Translations under genes and position numbers: made by a program
IMG/VR virus record: IMGVR_UViG_3300044980_000094
Span: 1 to 56,213 of that record
Direction: 5' to 3' (one strand)
Source of the DNA: a virus
Taxonomy: Duplodnaviria > Caudoviricetes
DNA length: 56,213 nucleotides
In this document: piece after piece, positions 35,785-45,121 of the stretch
Layout: each line of letters opens with the position of its first letter
Numbering within the stretch: position 1 is the first letter of the stretch
The notes under the pieces: generated by a model
The model's input: the letters and a program-made list of their open reading frames with translations, nothing else
What the model was told of the DNA's origin: nothing
Databases searched by the model: none

Positions 35785-38064
35785 TTATCCCAGCCCATTA
35801 CCGATAATGCTGCTGCGCTGATGCTCTTGCGCCAGTGGCGCAATGTGCAGATATTTGCCCTTCCTAGTCGGATCGGCAATATACCATTCATCATCTGGGG
35901 CCTTTTGTGCCCCAGGCACTGGCGAAGGCTCTGCTGGCGGATTTCCGGTAGCAGCGAGATAACTACTGCTCTGATCCGCAGCGACTTCATCGATGCTGGA
36001 CTTGAGGGTTTCTTTTACCAGTTGCTCGATCATTGCCCGCAGCCCCTCCGGGTCCGCTGGCAGCAACTTGGCCTCGGCCGCAATTCGCTTTGTAACTGCA
36101 TCGTAGGATTCAATGTCTCGCAACTGCTCTTTGCCGACCAATTTGAGCCTGTCCTTGGCCTTTTCGTCCAACAGCTTGACCATTGCACTCTGCATGGCCG
36201 TTAGTTGCTGCTGCAGGGCCTGCTCGCCCTGAGTTGGGCCAGTCCCCAGTGCCTGCGGTGGAACCATTCGGCGAAGCCTGAGGGCGGCCTCACTTGCTGA
36301 CTCAAAGTCCATGTCTTTCATCAGCAGGTCACCAATGAGCCCAGTCAACCCCGGAGCCTGGGTTAGAATCAGCGTAAGCGCATCTCGGGCTTGGTCTCGG
36401 CGAGAGCCATATGCGGGACCAACAGTACTGGCAATGTCATACTGCCCCAGCAGAGGATTGAAGACCCGCTTCACGACCTCATTCTGGTGGCCTATTTCCT
36501 GCAAATATGCCTGCTTGAGAGTAGGATCGATCTCCAGCGCATAGTCAGTGCCATCGTTAGCCAGAATCTGCATCACTCGCTTTGTGTCATAAATCTTGGG
36601 CACGAGATCGATGATCTGCATTCCAGTGAAGATCAGGGCCTCTTCGTAGTGGTCCTGAAAATGGAAAGTCGCAGTGTCGCCCTGGTTCTGCCTAGCACTA
36701 ATGGCAGCGCCGGTGCGCTCGTTGCCCTGCTGGCCCATCGAGTTCTCATGCTGGCCGGAGACAGACTCCAACTGGGCCTTGGCTGTTTCCATGCCAGTTT
36801 GATAGGCCGGGGAGAAGTTCGGCGGATCAATCCTCTGCGGAGGCGGAATCGGCACATCAGGATTGTCGGGATCCTGGTGGTTATACACCAGCAATGCTGG
36901 GTTCTTGACATTCGCAGTTTTCCAGCTCTCGATATACTCCTCAATTGCCTTAACTGGCGCCATCCATGGAACCTTCGTCTGCAAGGCAACGAACTCGACC
37001 TGACCCGAGGCGTTGAAATTGAACATCCTCTGTGCGTCTTTCATCCATCGAGTATGTCCTTTACAATCATAGCGCCCATCGAGGGTCATTTCCTCGCCGA
37101 CACAGCGGATAAGGGGAATATATTTCCCCGGCCAGATGGTCTCATCCACCACTTGGCTTCCCACAATGAGTCGCCATTCTACGACCTCATCGACCACGTC
37201 CCGAATGCGTGTCTGCGGATGATCGACGATCTTTTTGCGAGAGTCCTTGTCCAGGACCAGTTTATGAAACTGACTCCTGCGCAGATTGTATCTCTCACCC
37301 ATTCGAGTAAACGATATTGCTTTGTCGGGTTTCTTGATCTTGCGAAAATACTCGCATACCCGCACGAGTCCCTTACTGACCCAGTCGCTGTTAACAGTCC
37401 CCAGCCCCAGTGGCATTCCAACCATCTGATCTCGATACTCGGGATATGCTTCGTAGAGATCATCCTCCGGCACATCATCGAACACAAAGGCCCATTTGGA
37501 ATCGGAGCCATTCCTCTGCTGAATGTTCGGGTCCATGAACACACTCAGCGGGTCATTGACTGGGTGGATGAAAATCTCCTGGTCCCAACTATCGGGGCCA
37601 ACATAATCTGTGGCCAGTCTCCACCAGCCCTTACCTGGGCCGACCATAAAGCCCCGAGCAATATCGTAAGCGATCTGGGCCTGACTCTGATGTTCAATAT
37701 GGCGCATGATATCCTGATAGACATCAGCAGACTCTTTCGTCGCCCCATTGCCCAAGGCGACGAACTTGACCGACTGTTTGTTTTTCTTCATTGTATTGGA
37801 GATGATCTTATTATGCTGCTGCACAATATTCATCGTCAGGCACGGGCGGCGCTGACCATCTCGGGCATTTTTGATCTCATTCGGCCACTGATAGTTGTTC
37901 TCCGAATCTCCCTGCTCGAATAGCAAATCTGCAATATATCTCTGGCGCGCAATAGATTCATATTCATTGACTCGATCGAATCGCTTGCGGGCCTCGGAGA
38001 TGATATCGTCATCGCCCAGCGCAGCAGCGACGGTATCGATTCCTGAATCGAAAATGTCGCTCAT
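35785..38064 (-). CDS. Portal protein, P22-like
   Basis: QWP, RPCLT.N, MKDAQR..N...S, E.TG.AI.ARQ.QGD, IP/VP.IYDT.R, GP.Y.SRR. Confidence 0.95.
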   Translation of the reverse strand: MSDIFDSGIDTVAAALGDDDIISEARKRFDRVNEYESIARQRYIADLLFEQGDSENNYQWPNEIKNARDGQRRPCLTMNIVQQHNKIISNTMKKNKQSVKFVALGNGATKESADVYQDIMRHIEHQSQAQIAYDIARGFMVGPGKGWWRLATDYVGPDSWDQEIFIHPVNDPLSVFMDPNIQQRNGSDSKWAFVFDDVPEDDLYEAYPEYRDQMVGMPLGLGTVNSDWVSKGLVRVCEYFRKIKKPDKAISFTRMGERYNLRRSQFHKLVLDKDSRKKIVDHPQTRIRDVVDEVVEWRLIVGSQVVDETIWPGKYIPLIRCVGEEMTLDGRYDCKGHTRWMKDAQRMFNFNASGQVEFVALQTKVPWMAPVKAIEEYIESWKTANVKNPALLVYNHQDPDNPDVPIPPPQRIDPPNFSPAYQTGMETAKAQLESVSGQHENSMGQQGNERTGAAISARQNQGDTATFHFQDHYEEALIFTGMQIIDLVPKIYDTKRVMQILANDGTDYALEIDPTLKQAYLQEIGHQNEVVKRVFNPLLGQYDIASTVGPAYGSRRDQARDALTLILTQAPGLTGLIGDLLMKDMDFESASEAALRLRRMVPPQALGTGPTQGEQALQQQLTAMQSAMVKLLDEKAKDRLKLVGKEQLRDIESYDAVTKRIAAEAKLLPADPEGLRAMIEQLVKETLKSSIDEVAADQSSSYLAATGNPPAEPSPVPGAQKAPDDEWYIADPTRKGKYLHIAPLAQEHQRSSIIGNGLG

Positions 38065-38086
38065 CTATGCGGCCAGTCCAGTTGGG

Positions 38087-39373
38087 TCATGCCATCCATC
38101 CCAGCCCCGGCCGTTCACCCATTCCCAGCGACAGCCTGAGCTTCGCAATCATATCACTCTTGGGCCTTGTTGGGTCTTTGGCGCTGACTGCAAAATATCT
38201 CCAAGCATCTGCGCCATCTGAAGCCCAGTCATGCAGTGGCTCGTTGCTGAGATGCCCATCGATGACCCTGTATCGATAATGCCGCAGGGCATTGAGTCCA
38301 TCCTCGCAGCCGTCAGCGTCCCAGTAGCAGTTCGACATCACAATCCGCGCGGCATTAATGCCATCGGTAATGCGCTGATTAGCCACAATACTCGTGCGGT
38401 AGCCAGTCTGGCGCAAAATTTCCTCAATCGTCAATTTCATCCCCAGCCTCTTGGCCTTCGCATCATGCGGCAAGTGCATGACGCCGTAGACATAGGCGCG
38501 TTTCTGGCATTCCTTAAGGAAATGAGTCAAATCCTGGCCTGTGGCTTCATAGTAGGCCAGAATCCGCCATTGCATCGAGACCCGCTGGACGAACCAGATA
38601 GCAGTATTATCCGCTCGCCCCAAGTCCCAATACGTATCCACCGGCAGGCTGCGATCATACGGGACTGTGCAGATACGGCCCTCCAGCGTCGCCCTTCGCA
38701 GTTCCTTTGCATACACGGCCCCCTCGAGTTGCTGGACTGTGTGGCCTTCCCAGATATTAAGATAATGATCGAAGTCCCGCTCTTTGTCCGATTCCATTTC
38801 CTTCCGCAAAACGCCCGGGAACCACGGATTGTCCCGCCAGGTCATTTTGACAATCGCCGACTCGTTCCTATCAGCCTCTTTGACAAATCGGACATATGTG
38901 TAATCGGTCTCCAGCTCCGGATTGAAGGTAATCCAAATCTCGCTCTGCTCTTTACGAATTGTCGGAATGAGCACACTCCACGAGTTCCGTGTGACCTTAT
39001 TGGCCTCTTCGACCCAGCAGTAATCAATACCCTCGTAGGACTTGATCTTGTTGACGTTATTGCGAATGCCATCGAACGAGAACGTAGTGCCGTTGGAGCC
39101 ATAAATCTTGGCCTTTTCGATAGTATAGAATCCGCTGAGGCCCAAATCGGCAATCTGGTCACTCAGCACCTTGTGAACCGATTCCTCGATAGAGTTCTGT
39201 AGCTCCCGAACGCAAAGAACCCTAACGGGCTTGACTTGCCCCAGCAGCAGCAGGGCTCTAGCGCAGCCCCAAGAGCGCCCTGCGCCACGGCCCCCGTACA
39301 GGACCTTATAGCGTTTAGGCTGGAATAGACATTCCAGCGGCTTGGGGAATTGGGCTTTTACAGGCTCGAGCAT
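38087..39373 (-). CDS. terL: Terminase large subunit (PBSX-like)
   Basis: YGGRGAGRSW, RELQNSI.ESV, IKSYEG.D..WVEEA, PTIRK..SEIW.TFNP, WDLG..D, HDWASDGADA.RY. Confidence 0.96.
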   Translation of the reverse strand: MLEPVKAQFPKPLECLFQPKRYKVLYGGRGAGRSWGCARALLLLGQVKPVRVLCVRELQNSIEESVHKVLSDQIADLGLSGFYTIEKAKIYGSNGTTFSFDGIRNNVNKIKSYEGIDYCWVEEANKVTRNSWSVLIPTIRKEQSEIWITFNPELETDYTYVRFVKEADRNESAIVKMTWRDNPWFPGVLRKEMESDKERDFDHYLNIWEGHTVQQLEGAVYAKELRRATLEGRICTVPYDRSLPVDTYWDLGRADNTAIWFVQRVSMQWRILAYYEATGQDLTHFLKECQKRAYVYGVMHLPHDAKAKRLGMKLTIEEILRQTGYRTSIVANQRITDGINAARIVMSNCYWDADGCEDGLNALRHYRYRVIDGHLSNEPLHDWASDGADAWRYFAVSAKDPTRPKSDMIAKLRLSLGMGERPGLGWMA

Positions 39374-39390
39374 GGGGCACGGGCAAATTT

Positions 39391-39425
39391 TGGGGCCACA
39401 CTTGATCGTGCCAAGTGTGGCCCCA
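39391..39425. promoter_or_regulatory. 14-bp perfect inverted repeat TGGGGCCACACTTG-N7-CAAGTGTGGCCCCA upstream of terL
   Basis: Same core as 55517-55551 and 55684-55714. Confidence 0.6.
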
Positions 39426-39431
39426 TTCCAT

Positions 39432-40775
39432 TCACAGCTCTGCCGACCAAATCAGCTGCCCCGACCCATTCGCACTAGTCAGCACACAGGTCTGGCCCGC
39501 CGTCAGTCCTGAGGCTACAGTGGCCGTCATACTGGCACCGTTGATCGTGTTGGCCCCCAGCACTGCAAGAAAGCCCGTCGCCAGTGCTGTTGCAGTAGCC
39601 ACATGCGTTATCGTGAACGTGGCGGTGGTCAGCGGATTTGGCGACGAGCTATACGTCGGCGCAATACGCATTGTGACTGGGAATGGGAAATACAGCTGAC
39701 AAGTCGTGGTCGTTGCACCATTGCCGGCAGCACTCTGCTGGGTTCCACTCGTCGCAGACTCATTGATGGTATAATAATATCGCTGCTGATAGAGGGTTTC
39801 CTCGTTGATGGTCCTGCGATTGAAGGCACTGAGCGGAGCTTGGCTGGAATTGTAGCCCAGAGTCGCATTCACATACGAAGCCGCGGCGTTACTGCGCTTG
39901 AGTTGAATCCCCTCAAAGGCAATGTAGTCATTAGCCCCGGCTGTGCCGACTGGCGTATAGCATAGCACGGCGGCGACTTCGGTCGCAGTGGCCGGAATGG
40001 AGGCAAATGCCCCATAGCGCCCTGCAGTAGAGACTCCGCCCAGATTGACCACCGCCGCAGTAGCGTTAGTCTGGCCAGTCCATCCACTGCTACCGCCGCC
40101 TCCGGCGTTGAGGCCAAAAGCCAGCTTCTGTATGCCCTCATCGGCCCCAGTGCCATACACGATATAGGCCGTCATGTTGGCCCCGGCGGCGCTGAAATTA
40201 GCCCCCGTATAGGCATTGAAGTCCAGCTCAGCCGTCTGGCCAGCAAACGCATACGAGTTGAGACTCTCAACCTCTTGCGCCATGCACATCTGGACAACGC
40301 CAGTCTGCGCCGCCGTTCGCTGCATGACGAAGGCGTATTTGTAGCCAAGACTGAGATCAGTCGTCGCCGAGTCCCGACTCACGGTCATTGCCGTGCCAGT
40401 GCCAGACCAGTAAGCCCAGCGATCCGGCCCATAGGCAAAAGTCGTAGTGACACTAGGGCCAGTGGTGCCTCGCTGGAACAGATTCGTCGTCGCATCGCCA
40501 CCGATGAGGAAATTGCCCCCACTCGGCAGCCCAGCGCCAAACACCGCCAACTGGCTAGTCGTGATGGCCTCTGAGGCCGGATTCTGGCCCCCAGTCAGAT
40601 TCGTATCAGCCGGGATGGTCTCATTGCCAGTTAGCGGAATCGTCGAGGGATACTGTGTCCCCCCAGCCGGCGGAACCCCATTCGTGAACACACCTGCGGC
40701 GAAGACAGCAGCGCTGCCGCCCAGCACAATCGCCGCAGCCAGTGCCGGGCGAGCAACTTTAAGCCAAAATGCCAT
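39432..40775 (-). CDS. Signal-peptide-bearing tail-fibre-like / carbohydrate-binding beta protein
   Basis: MAFWLKVARPALAAAIVLGGSAAVFA-; N.LI.GD....QRGT...DRW, E....QRYY, FPVTMR..PT fibre-type motifs. Confidence 0.75.
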   Translation of the reverse strand: MAFWLKVARPALAAAIVLGGSAAVFAAGVFTNGVPPAGGTQYPSTIPLTGNETIPADTNLTGGQNPASEAITTSQLAVFGAGLPSGGNFLIGGDATTNLFQRGTTGPSVTTTFAYGPDRWAYWSGTGTAMTVSRDSATTDLSLGYKYAFVMQRTAAQTGVVQMCMAQEVESLNSYAFAGQTAELDFNAYTGANFSAAGANMTAYIVYGTGADEGIQKLAFGLNAGGGGSSGWTGQTNATAAVVNLGGVSTAGRYGAFASIPATATEVAAVLCYTPVGTAGANDYIAFEGIQLKRSNAAASYVNATLGYNSSQAPLSAFNRRTINEETLYQQRYYYTINESATSGTQQSAAGNGATTTTCQLYFPFPVTMRIAPTYSSSPNPLTTATFTITHVATATALATGFLAVLGANTINGASMTATVASGLTAGQTCVLTSANGSGQLIWSAEL

Positions 40776-41022
40776 TTCCATTCTCCATTGCCTCAGCGCC
40801 GGCACTTGCCAGTCTGTCCATTGTTGAGTTTCATCACAGCACTGCGGAGACACTCAATCCCCGCGTTGGGATTCCGCATCGGCGGCAAGTAGCCCTCGCT
40901 ACGAGTACAAGCCGCGCCTGCGTTTGGGTTAGCCCCAGCGACAGCGGACAGGCCATTACATGCATCATGTCCTGTCCCCATGGCTACAAGTGCCTCGGTG
41001 TCGTTGAGCCTAGCCATTTGCC

Positions 41023-41343
41023 TTACCTCCCATATCCGCCAGATTTCATCCCATGCAGCGGCTCATGTCGAACATGATGATCCGTCCCATGGTGTGGACC
41101 ATGATCGCTGTAGTGGATCGGATGCTGGTCATGCAGTTCCTTGACCGCATGGCTCAATTTGGTATTCCCTGGGCCAATGGGCGAGTTCGCCGCCTCGGCC
41201 TTGGAGCCGCCCTTCATTACACTCATGTCTGCCTTGGTCTCATTCCCGACCTCACTGCCACCCTTGGCGCCAGCGGGCTTGGAGCTCACAATGCGCTTTG
41301 GCTCCATGCCTGCAGCCTTGTTCATCATAGATTCCTTTGACAT
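41023..41343 (-). CDS. Small basic His-rich hypothetical protein
   Basis: GGAG RBS. Confidence 0.68.
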   Translation of the reverse strand: MSKESMMNKAAGMEPKRIVSSKPAGAKGGSEVGNETKADMSVMKGGSKAEAANSPIGPGNTKLSHAVKELHDQHPIHYSDHGPHHGTDHHVRHEPLHGMKSGGYGR

Positions 41344-41372
41344 TTCAGTTCTCCATTCTGGGCCACTGCCCG

Positions 41373-41579
41373 TTAGCGTCCGTAGCCTAGTCGATTATTA
41401 GCCTTGGCGTCGATTTTCGACTCCTGGCTCTTGCTCATACGGCCAGCGTTGACTGCCTGGCTTGCCCGAGCCTTGGCATTCGCGGCATGACTGCGGTCCG
41501 GGATTGGATAACTCCGATCCGGGCCGGCAAACTCGCTCTGGGGAAGAGTATTTCGGTCATGGGGGCTTAGTCTGGTCAT
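41373..41579 (-). CDS. Small conserved phage hypothetical protein
   Basis: AGGAGG RBS; R..LP.S.FA.P.R.YPIPD..HA.NA.AR pattern. Confidence 0.75.
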   Translation of the reverse strand: MTRLSPHDRNTLPQSEFAGPDRSYPIPDRSHAANAKARASQAVNAGRMSKSQESKIDAKANNRLGYGR

Positions 41580-41595
41580 TGAATGCCTCCTTAGG

Positions 41596-42105
41596 CTAAA
41601 AGCCCATGTGCGCCGGCGCAAGCCCAACATTGGGGCGGCCTTCGGTCCTTGGCAATCGGGGCCTTATCCCAAGGCAATGCCACGTCGGCCGCCAAGCCGC
41701 ATTCTGCGCCTCCCCCAGGCTCCCGCAGACCCTATCCGCAAGCGGGGTAAGGACTTTGCAGACCTGAATCCCCCACACTGGCTGCCCCAATGCCCTCTGC
41801 ACTACAGGCAGATACAAGAGCTCGAGCTCCTCAAACGCCTGCACTGTCCACGTGTATTTGATCTCCAGCACCCCCAGCCGTTGCCCTGGCACGAGTCCAT
41901 CAACCTGGCAGCAGCCCCAGCCGTTGGCGTCCTCGAACTCGAACCAGATGCCCATCCGACTGCCAGATGGCAGCTCAGCGGCCACTGCTCGCTCGTAGCG
42001 AATACCTTGGGCCTTCTGGCCTCTAGGTCGCCCAAGCGGAATATGCTTTGGCCTAGCGGCCAGCTCTCGTGCCCATTTGATGCCGACAATCTGTCTCTTG
42101 GCCAT
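41596..42105 (-). CDS. PD-(D/E)XK nuclease-fold protein (possible resolvase)
   Basis: G..YE, QVDGL......VLEIK. Confidence 0.6.
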   Translation of the reverse strand: MAKRQIVGIKWARELAARPKHIPLGRPRGQKAQGIRYERAVAAELPSGSRMGIWFEFEDANGWGCCQVDGLVPGQRLGVLEIKYTWTVQAFEELELLYLPVVQRALGQPVWGIQVCKVLTPLADRVCGSLGEAQNAAWRPTWHCLGIRPRLPRTEGRPNVGLAPAHMGF

Positions 42106-42106
42106 G

Positions 42107-42895
42107 TTAATTGCCCTTAGGAGCAAGAGGAACCAGCGGGGCTGCTGGAGCAATGGCTGATTGGGCCTGGCGCATTTCTCTAATCTGCTCCTGGATTTCC
42201 TTAATCACATCCGAGCCGGGAAAAATCGACTCCAGCGTCTTCGTGAGATCATTGAGCCGGCTACTAATGGCGCTTACACGCTCCTCGCCGTTGGCGAATA
42301 GCGAGGCAATCTCAGGACGCTTGATCAGATTCCCATCAACAGAGTTGACGTGTCCCTCGATCCGGTCGAGGTCTCGCCGAGCATATTCATCTCGTAGTTT
42401 GTCTCGCTCATCGATCCTCTGGCGGTATTGCTCCTCCGCATCCTTCGTCCACATCGCGGCTGAAATGGTCGCGATGTCCTTTTCGTCCCGATCGAACCGC
42501 GTTAAGTCGTTGGCGTGCTGCGCGACAGCCGCAAGAATCGGCTGCATAAGCGTGTTGATGTCTTTAATCTCGGATTTTCGGTCGCGCGCCTCGCTCTCTA
42601 CGGCCTTCTCGATTCGCGACATGTTGGAGTCGAGGTCGGTCTTGACATAGGTGGCAATTCCCAGGAGCACCACGATCGCGCCGGTCGCGACGCCGCCAAA
42701 TTTCAACCAATCCGTCGGCTTGGCCGCCTGGCGATCGATCTTAGCGCCCAGCTCCCTGATCTGCTGGCCGATGTTTTCGGCGAGGGTGCCTAGGGCGCGA
42801 TCCAGATTAGTAACGCGCTGATCCAGCGCGCCGAGGTCGATATGAGCACGCTCCCAGCCACGCGCAGAGGGGCTTTTGGTTTCCCCGTCCACCAT
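42107..42895 (-). CDS. Single-TM coiled-coil protein (lysis region)
   Basis: TM FGGVATGAIVVLLGIATYV flanked by coiled coils. Confidence 0.7.
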   Translation of the reverse strand: MVDGETKSPSARGWERAHIDLGALDQRVTNLDRALGTLAENIGQQIRELGAKIDRQAAKPTDWLKFGGVATGAIVVLLGIATYVKTDLDSNMSRIEKAVESEARDRKSEIKDINTLMQPILAAVAQHANDLTRFDRDEKDIATISAAMWTKDAEEQYRQRIDERDKLRDEYARRDLDRIEGHVNSVDGNLIKRPEIASLFANGEERVSAISSRLNDLTKTLESIFPGSDVIKEIQEQIREMRQAQSAIAPAAPLVPLAPKGN

Positions 42896-42898
42896 GGC

Positions 42899-43705
42899 TT
42901 AGGCAATCGCCTGCAAGTCGGCACTGAGCTGCGTCAGGTCGAACCCGTTGGGGGCCTTACCGCTCGCCTTGGAAAGCGCATCCGGCCCCAGTACAGTGTA
43001 GAGTTCGCCCTGTGGCCCCGGCCGGCAGTACTTATCGATGGCCGCCCAAGTGATCGTGCCGATCATTCCCCAGGAATCGATCTGAACGCCCTGGGCATTA
43101 TATCCCACCCCGACGAAGCAATGGCCGTAGTCCGGGTTGGCCTCCCCCGCTATATCCCAGACGAATCCACTCTGCCCAGGCATCGGATTGACCCAAGCAT
43201 CCGGGAGTTCGACGCCGAAATACAGATTCTCGAACAGCCACATGGCTTGCATCTGCTCGATCTTATTCCCAGGATCGACCGCCATGTAGCCAGCGATTTT
43301 GTGCTGGCCCGGAGTGAGGCCGTTATCCTTCCAGTAGTTCAGCACCGTGACTTCGTCGCCGCCCTGATCAGTCGCGGGGTCACCCGGCACATAGCCGGTC
43401 GTCGCCGAGTAGAACGCAATGACCTGCTCTTCCGTAAACGGCACAGGACTAGCGCCGGCATTCGCTAGCAGCAGCCCCCCGGTATGAAAGGCTCCGGCTG
43501 CCGTGCAGTCGCCGAGGGTGTCGTTGCCGAGAATCCGCGCGAGCCAATCTGCGGCCGCCGCAGCGTATGTCACCTCAGACGGGGGCTTCGGCAGGCTCGC
43601 CAGCAGATAGTTGCCCAGCGACAATCTGGGGCCTCTTGCGCGGGGGCGTAGACGTCCGAGCTTGAACGTGCGGGGGATCGGCAGGCTTGAGGGTGCATCG
43701 GTCAT
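42899..43705 (-). CDS. Papain-like (C1-type) cysteine peptidase-like protein
   Basis: GND..GDCT.A, GHCF..VGY, IDSWG. Confidence 0.75.
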   Translation of the reverse strand: MTDAPSSLPIPRTFKLGRLRPRARGPRLSLGNYLLASLPKPPSEVTYAAAAADWLARILGNDTLGDCTAAGAFHTGGLLLANAGASPVPFTEEQVIAFYSATTGYVPGDPATDQGGDEVTVLNYWKDNGLTPGQHKIAGYMAVDPGNKIEQMQAMWLFENLYFGVELPDAWVNPMPGQSGFVWDIAGEANPDYGHCFVGVGYNAQGVQIDSWGMIGTITWAAIDKYCRPGPQGELYTVLGPDALSKASGKAPNGFDLTQLSADLQAIA

Positions 43706-43716
43706 CAGGTGGTCTC

Positions 43717-44076
43717 CTACGTATCGGCGGGGGCAGTGATCGGTGGCAGTCCACACGCGTTGATAAACGCCTGCGCGGCGTTGAAATCAGCCTGGCTGAT
43801 ATGATGGACCGTGGTCTCGTTGGCGATTATCGTGGCCGTCCAACTGCTGGCGGCTGGCGTCAAATATATTTCGACCTTGACGGAAAACAGCAGCCAGTCA
43901 TCTTCCGCCACAAGTGCGAGCCTGTTGGCGCTTGCCGTGCAATTTTCGAGAGTGACACTACGAATCGCTCCGTCCTCATTGATCTCGCATGCGATCGTCG
44001 TAGCGTCGGTCTGGGTGAGAGTGATCAGCGCGCCGTCGTCTGGGGCGCTGATCTGGACTGAGGGCCAGCTAGCCAT
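43717..44076 (-). CDS. Hypothetical protein
   Basis: Overlapping ORF in operon. Confidence 0.55.
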   Translation of the reverse strand: MASWPSVQISAPDDGALITLTQTDATTIACEINEDGAIRSVTLENCTASANRLALVAEDDWLLFSVKVEIYLTPAASSWTATIIANETTVHHISQADFNAAQAFINACGLPPITAPADT

Positions 44077-44242
44077 TGCTCGGCACCGTGGCTGTGGGGC
44101 CGTTTTTAGCCGCCAATTTCTGCGCGCCGATAATAGCCAGCGATATGAGTGTGCTGTAGTCAGCGTCAGATATTGTGGCTTTGTCCTGAGTCCATATGCG
44201 CTGCATGAACTCACAGATGGTCTCCGAGGTTACGTCAGTCAT
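44069..44242 (-). CDS. Hypothetical protein
   Basis: MTDVTSETICEF..., overlaps both neighbours by 8 nt. Confidence 0.5.
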   Translation of the reverse strand: MTDVTSETICEFMQRIWTQDKATISDADYSTLISLAIIGAQKLAAKNGPTATVPSNG

Positions 44243-44579
44243 GTTTTGTCCAGCCGTTTTGTCTCGACACAAGTATCCAGTGGATTGTATTTTCAATCGC
44301 CTTGTGAATGGCGTATTCAATACCCACAGCTTCACTTTTTTGGATACCGGCAAGACTAAGCGACGCCGGCAATTCAACTCGCACTTCCAAGACGTTTTGT
44401 GATATTCTAGTCGTAAACATAGCACCCTTGGTTTTGCATTCCTGCGCTCCGTAACGAGCCTGCTCGCCGAAAGTCAGCGAATAGAAATCCTCATCGTTCA
44501 TTGGGCGGCCCGCGAGTGCCTCATTCCAGTCGGCTTTCGCCGCCTCGAATCCTATTGGATGTCCTTGAGCGCTGGCCAT
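44235..44579 (-). CDS. Hypothetical protein
   Basis: ORF in operon. Confidence 0.55.
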   Translation of the reverse strand: MASAQGHPIGFEAAKADWNEALAGRPMNDEDFYSLTFGEQARYGAQECKTKGAMFTTRISQNVLEVRVELPASLSLAGIQKSEAVGIEYAIHKAIENTIHWILVSRQNGWTKHD

Positions 44580-44625
44580 GACTACACCGTCCGCAAGTTA
44601 CGCCTAGCCATCTTTGCTGGCCGCC

Positions 44626-45000
44626 TCAGAGAAAACTCACCACCACCGTCTTGCCATTCGGCAACGTCACTTTCGTCGCCGGCGGCGTCCAGACCTTGAA
44701 GGCCCGGCCGTTCGGGGCCTTCGTGAAGCGGAACTTCGCGCTCGCTGGCGCCGGCCCGATCGCGTTACAGATGGCCTGCGACAGCGCCGCAAGATCCGCG
44801 AGGCCCGCGCTGGCCGTCGGCAGGTCGGCGGCGGTGATCATCGCCCCGACGCTGAGCGTGCTCGGCACAACCTGACAGAGTTCCTCGCAATCCTGCTGGA
44901 TCGTGGCGATGTCAGCGGTGACCTGCGCGGGGGTGAGCGCGCAGGAGGAGAGCGCAAGCCCAGCGGCTGCAGTGATGGCGAGAGCGGCATTTTTCAGCAT
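44626..45000 (-). CDS. Lipoprotein (possible spanin component)
   Basis: Signal peptide with lipobox LSS-C; RBS AAGGAA. Confidence 0.72.
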   Translation of the reverse strand: MLKNAALAITAAAGLALSSCALTPAQVTADIATIQQDCEELCQVVPSTLSVGAMITAADLPTASAGLADLAALSQAICNAIGPAPASAKFRFTKAPNGRAFKVWTPPATKVTLPNGKTVVVSFL

Positions 45001-45017
45001 GATGAAGGTTCCTTTCC

Positions 45018-45113
45018 TTAGTGCTTCGTTTCAAGATACAGACAGATAAGCCCAACGACCCCATAAGCAGCGATCAACAATCCGATCGCGACAATGATCA
45101 GGTCATTGAACAC
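45018..45113 (-). CDS. 31-aa membrane peptide
   Basis: GAGG RBS, GTG start, MFNDLIIVAIGLLIAAYGVVGLICLYLETKH. Confidence 0.45.
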   Translation of the reverse strand: MFNDLIIVAIGLLIAAYGVVGLICLYLETKH

Positions 45114-45121
45114 GTGCTGCC

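Noticed and set aside
36391-39202. Long + strand ORFs (510 aa, 323 aa) opposite portal and terminase; likewise 23856-24881 and 54585-55815
   Set aside because: Antisense shadows of real genes in GC-rich DNA, with no motifs or RBS
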